Shown here: positions 52,201 through 64,000 of the stretch, piece by piece
How the letters are laid out: each line of letters starts with the position of its first letter
Numbering within the stretch: position 1 is the stretch's first letter
Assembly: GCA_964247055.1 (NCBI GenBank)
Contig: OZ176052.1
Location: forward strand, 10,726,001 to 10,790,000
Source: Paragordius varius
Taxonomy: Eukaryota > Animalia > Nematomorpha
Direction: 5' to 3'
DNA: 64,000 nt
The notes under the pieces: generated by a model
Seen by the model: only the letters and a program-made list of their open reading frames with translations
Databases searched by the model: none
Told to the model about the DNA's origin: nothing
Translations under genes and position numbers: made by a program

Positions 52201-54142
52201 TGCCTTTTTTTGTTTAATAAATATATATTAGGCACATTTATGATTGGGTTATTAAAAAAAATTTAACAGTGTAATTTTTTTTAAAACATTTACCATTGGA
52301 GTTATGTACTAGAATATTTTGTTTTAAATTGATTAATTTTAAATAAACTTTAAATCATAAAATAAAATGTTTCCTTTGATAAAGGACAACCTCTTTTAAC
52401 CAGCGAAATTAATTAAAAATGTGCATTAATGCTTTCCGTTCTTAATTACAATTTGTTTGATTGGAGATTCTTATTATTTCACTTCCTTTTTTTATTTGCT
52501 TTTTTTACATTAAAATCAATTTACAAAATTTATTAATAGGTTTGATTATATTAAAAAATAATGTCACAAATTTAGAATTACCTTTTTCGTTTATAACATT
52601 TACATATTTATTGGCACTTATTTGCTTAAATCCATATTATAAATTATAAGAGAGTGTGTGGAAAAAAATATGTAATTTAACACAAAAACATAAATACCCA
52701 TTTTTTCAATATATAATCTTCATATTGTAAAGTAATAATGTATAGTTAATTTAAAAAAAACAATTATATCACCCAAATAAAAAATTATTGGAAAAATGTA
52801 ATTACATTATAAATAATTTATGATGGCTATTTAATAACGTTTAAACACACTTGCATATACATATCCATATTTTTACTAAGAGATATTATAAAAAAATTAG
52901 CTAAATATATTTGTAATATGTGAAACTAAAATTGTAATCTTATGCCTCATCTCATAATTATCTTAAAATGATTGATATGTTGTTATTTTTTGGCGTTTTC
53001 TTAAATTCCTAAGGGATTAAATGACATTTTTGGCAGTTATTAGGCTCAGACTTTAGATATTAAAATAACTTTTTTCGTGCATATATATTTATAATCTAAA
53101 CTGTTTTTTTACCTGTTTCACTGTCTTTCCTTTGCGCTTATTAACAAAAGATATGTATGCATAGGGGAAATTGGGAAAAAAATTAGTTTAGAATTATAAT
53201 GATAATAATAGAATAGATATATCGATTTTTTCATTTTCTTTTTTTAATTATTTCTATATATATAATTCCAATAAAACTATTATTATTGTTAGTAACATTT
53301 TTAATTAATTAATAATTTAATTAGCCTTAATAAAAGGTAAAGATGTTTGTTTGATTTTATAGTATAAGTAATTTATTAAAATAATATATAAATGTAAATA
53401 CAAATATGTATTTTATTTTAATTGTTTGTAATTTTGGAATGAGCCAATTAAATATGGAACCGGAAGCCTTTATAATATATATAAACTGCGAAGGCTAATA
53501 ACATATTTTTTTGTATAATATGCCATCTTCGAGTATCACGAAATTCAACTTTTTAAACTTAGAATCTTTACATCAATAATTCAAATAAATTGAAAACGCT
53601 AGTACATTTAACTGATTTCGGAAAAATGACTTTGAAAAGACCGATATCTGGGGTACAAGTTTTAGCATTGATTCAGATAAGATTGAATTGATAATTTATT
53701 TGTCAATCAATTTAAAAAATTTTGCATATTCATAAGCGTGATTACTATATTTTATACTTGGGTATTTAAATCTATTTTTATCAAATTTGATTTGCTATTA
53801 ATCTTAAAATGGGAAAATAAATCTAAAACAGTACAATGAATGGTTTCTTCCTACTTTAGGTGTTATTATTTTTAATTTTAAATTTTATTAACTATAATTA
53901 TATTTCGGTCAGTATAAAAGATATATGTTAAAATGGTATATGTTATGGCTAATTTTCTCAAAACTAAAAATTTTCAAAAACTTAGAAAGACATGGCTTTT
54001 TAAAAAAATTAAAAGCCGTGATTTACATATTTATTTTTTTCTTTTATCATCTTTTTAGGCCAGTGAAATGGAAGTGAAAAATCCTTTGTTCAAGGCTTCA
54101 GTCATACACGATAACTATTCTAGTCAAGGATCATTACAGTGA
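49249..54142 (+). CDS. NPDC1: NPDC1 / cab-1-like type I membrane protein
   Basis: Exons ~49249-49393, 49419-49485, 49554-49841, 51678-51973, 54059-54142. TM segment FIAGGSVALMAVLLVSIFIY; family motifs DARLSQSAHLYQYQHAKQQML and GDYTVYECPGLAS-ASEMEVKNPLF. The 5' end is uncertain because the frame stays open upstream of the ATG. Confidence 0.88.
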
Positions 54143-54541
54143 CAAAATTTTTCTAAATAGGGAGAATCATTAAATATTTTCTTAGTTTTTTGATTTTTAG
54201 TTATTTTATTTTAAACTAATTAACGGATGTATATCCTCAAACTCTACCAAAGATATCAATTATTTTGATGAATTATACCAAATAGTTTTGCTGAGTGTTA
54301 CAATATACATTTTTTTCTTACATATTTTATGTGGACCAGTGCAATATTTACCACGCTTATACTCCTATAACTTATTATATATTTAGAAAAATAATTGAAA
54401 TAAATTTACAAAATATTTTAATTATAATAACTTATTCAAAATCACGATGATTTCTTTACAGATTTAATCAGCTTAAAATCTATTTTCAACATTATATTAC
54501 ATTTAACATATTTTTATGTATTTGTTGGGCCAATATTTGAA

Positions 54542-54594
54542 CAGAGACTTTCAACACAAAAATGGCTTCGCGAGCCACATGTTGGACACCCCTG
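54542..54594. mobile_element. 53-bp mini-derivative of the hAT element at 45572-48104
   Basis: The right end gttggacacccctg is identical to the hAT TIR; the left part caacacaaaaatggctt and cgcgagccac match the two subterminal regions of that element fused together. Confidence 0.6.
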
Positions 54595-55047
54595 AATCAG
54601 AGACAATGACGATACATGATAATGTATATTACATTTATGTGTTACTTTGTTCAAGTTTTTCTTAATTATTTTAATTGATATTGGGTGGAATTAGTTAAGG
54701 ACGAATGAATAACTTATGATATGTTGGCTTGCAAGCGATATTTTGGTAAAAGTGGTTCATCATTCAATAATGGATATTTATTATTAATTTATAAATACGC
54801 CTATATAGGTCGAACTTTTTTAAACTTTTCCGGAAAATTAATTTACACACACGGTCTTACAGACTGTTTATATCAAATTGGCTAATTCAAAATGTAGCTC
54901 CACTGTGTTAGTGCACTTATGAAAGGGAAATATAAACGGCCATAATTGGATTTCTAAGGATTGTTCACAATTTTCGTACGAGTTACCCTTTTTTTACTAA
55001 AGGCATTAGATATGATTTATTTTGAATGGAAATATCTAGGATCATTA

Positions 55048-56120
55048 CACTGGACAACAAATTTTAACTTTTAACTGCCATTCTTGTAAATTTAAAATTT
55101 ATTTCATTTAAGTACATAATTAGTATATCTGAAAAGAAAATTGGTCTAGCACGCAAGAATTTTTTTATATTAGAGTTTATCGATAATTTTTGGCCCCGTT
55201 TTTACATTAAACTCGAAATTTCGAAAATTAAAAGTTTTAGATATGAGGCCATGTATATATCATTCGAAAGAGCGCAAAAAACTGCATCTTTTAAATGGTA
55301 GTAAGTCATTTAAATCAATCGGATGTAAAAGTTATTCGGATTTAAATGGTCGAAATTTTCAATCCTTAAATAAGTCAAGAATTTTCACAGACAAACTAAT
55401 TTGAAAATCATATAAATTATTTTAATATAATTATTAGGGTTATATTAATATTTAATTTAAAAGGAATGATTGAAAAAGTCTTTGATTTGCTTTTTTAATA
55501 AAAATTATTATTATCATAAATATTTTACTAGTGGATACTAATATGCATAGTTATAACTGTAAATTTTATACATAATGGCTATAAAATATCAAAAATAACT
55601 TAAACTTTGGTTTTATCTTTAAAATTTCGTTATCAGCCTCGTCAAGAAAATAAATTAATATTGATGAGATGGTAATTTTTAAAAAACAATAAACTTAAAA
55701 ATGGCTGTTTTGAGTGACATAAAAGCAATAAAAAATGTTTTAATCAAAATTTCTTGTGTTATCTTTTTTGGACATTCATCACCATCTCAAAGTTTGAGCT
55801 ATTTTCATCCATTAATTTTAAAAATATAATAATTAAATAAATTGCGCTCTTTGTGTCCAATATTAACTGTCGATGTAATAATTAGTATGCATTTTATAGA
55901 GTTTTTTTACTCTTTCGAATGACATATTACAAATGGGCATTACTTGTATATTTTGAAAGAAAAACATTTTTTAGTAAAATTTTGATAAAGAGGGCGCATA
56001 ATCAAAAAAAGAAAATTCTACGTAGAGTTATAATTTTTTATTTCAGATTTAATGTTAAAATGATACTAAATATCAGAAAATGCAAAAAACTCGAGTGGCA
56101 AAAAAATTTGTTGTCCAGTG
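55048..56120. mobile_element. Non-autonomous DNA transposon with 18-bp TIRs (Tc1/mariner-like, superfamily tentative)
   Basis: Perfect TIR cactggacaacaaatttt / aaaatttgttgtccagtg; TA on the left, TT on the right; AT-rich interior with no transposase ORF. A diverged similar right end occurs at ~11905-11921. Confidence 0.65.
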
Positions 56121-57182
56121 TTATTAAATATTAAAACTTATTGCCTCAAACAAATATTTTTAAACACTTGCTTTTTTATTATAGGATGTGGACCTAAACA
56201 TAGGGATTTTACCCAAGATTATACGAATAAATGTAAAATTTAATTATTATTATTATACTAAATATTATAATTTATTATTTGCGTTCACATAATAACGATT
56301 GAATATTGTTGTTGATTAAAACTAAATATGCCATCATACGCACACAAAAGTAAGTTTGCAATATGCAATGTTAAAGTATCAATTATCAATATATAATTAT
56401 AATTAATTAGTAAATATTGTGACAAGAAGATTGCTATTTTTAAGCAATTACATTTTAAGTAAAAGAAAATAGTTATATAAATACAACAAAGTATCAAGGA
56501 AGAAACTGGGATGGACCTACATAATACCTTGGTAATAAAAAATTCAAAACTACATATTTTAAGTATATTTTGTGTATAACCTTTCTTAGAGCATAACGTT
56601 TAATCACAATAGTAGATTATCAATCATAAATGTATAAATGGTTCAATGGAGAAGAGCAAATATAATCACAAAATTAGGAGTTAAACATTTATAAATATGC
56701 TAGGATGTTTTTCGAGATTTTCGAGTAAATTTTAGCGAAGGTTCACGGAGTGAGAATATAAATTAACTACTGAGGTTAGGATCTAAAATCAAGCAATCCA
56801 ATCATTTCTACAAAAATTGGTCATATAAGATCATTGAAAATTAACTAAAAGATAAATGCAAAAGCATTCAAAATATTAAAAGCAAATAAATATCGAAAGA
56901 GAAAATATCAAATGATATCACAATTAGTATGGGTGAGTGTGCAGAACAATCAATGTATTTTGAAAACATTTACAGCATACGTATGTGATTGGTTAGAGTT
57001 AAGAATGTTAGTTAGTAAATTACTTTATGAAGCATTCCACGTGAAACTAACACACAAACTACATTACATTAGACAAGTTAATTTGTTAACTCTTCTAGCC
57101 AATATATGAAAATGCAGAAATAGCTAGCTAGCATAATATAATAACACAGCAATCTAACAAAAAAAGCTTTTTTTGGCGTGCA

Positions 57183-64000
<6,818 letters not shown>

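Overview
Very AT-rich, intron-containing animal genomic DNA; the species cannot be assigned from the sequence. Five conserved genes are present: the 3' part of CABIN1 (+, <1-7198), a PEBP with an apparent signal peptide (+, 8345-9859), GAK/auxilin (-, 15244-28200), an NPDC1/cab-1-like gene (+, ~49249-54142) and most of a short coronin (-, 57183->64000). Between GAK and NPDC1 is an accessory block of apparently secreted-protein genes: a Lys/Glu-rich orphan, a trypsin-type protease, a head-to-head highly divergent serpin with a ~65-aa reactive-centre region, and a possible decayed gene. Mobile DNA includes a 5'-truncated RTE-type LINE with a 15-bp TSD, two hAT elements, four piggyBac-type MITEs, a tRNA-Lys-like SINE head, a Tc1-like non-autonomous element, and a TATA-targeting family built from 21-bp TTGAA-N3-TTCAA units that ranges from ~200-bp MITEs to an 812-bp foldback. 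The most unusual observations are GT-AG introns of only 23-29 nt alongside kb-size introns, the 21-bp-unit MITE/foldback family, a 70-bp-arm hairpin whose transitions are all G-U compatible on one strand, and the trypsin/serpin pair. All gene models were assembled by hand from splice signals and remembered family motifs; no database search was run.
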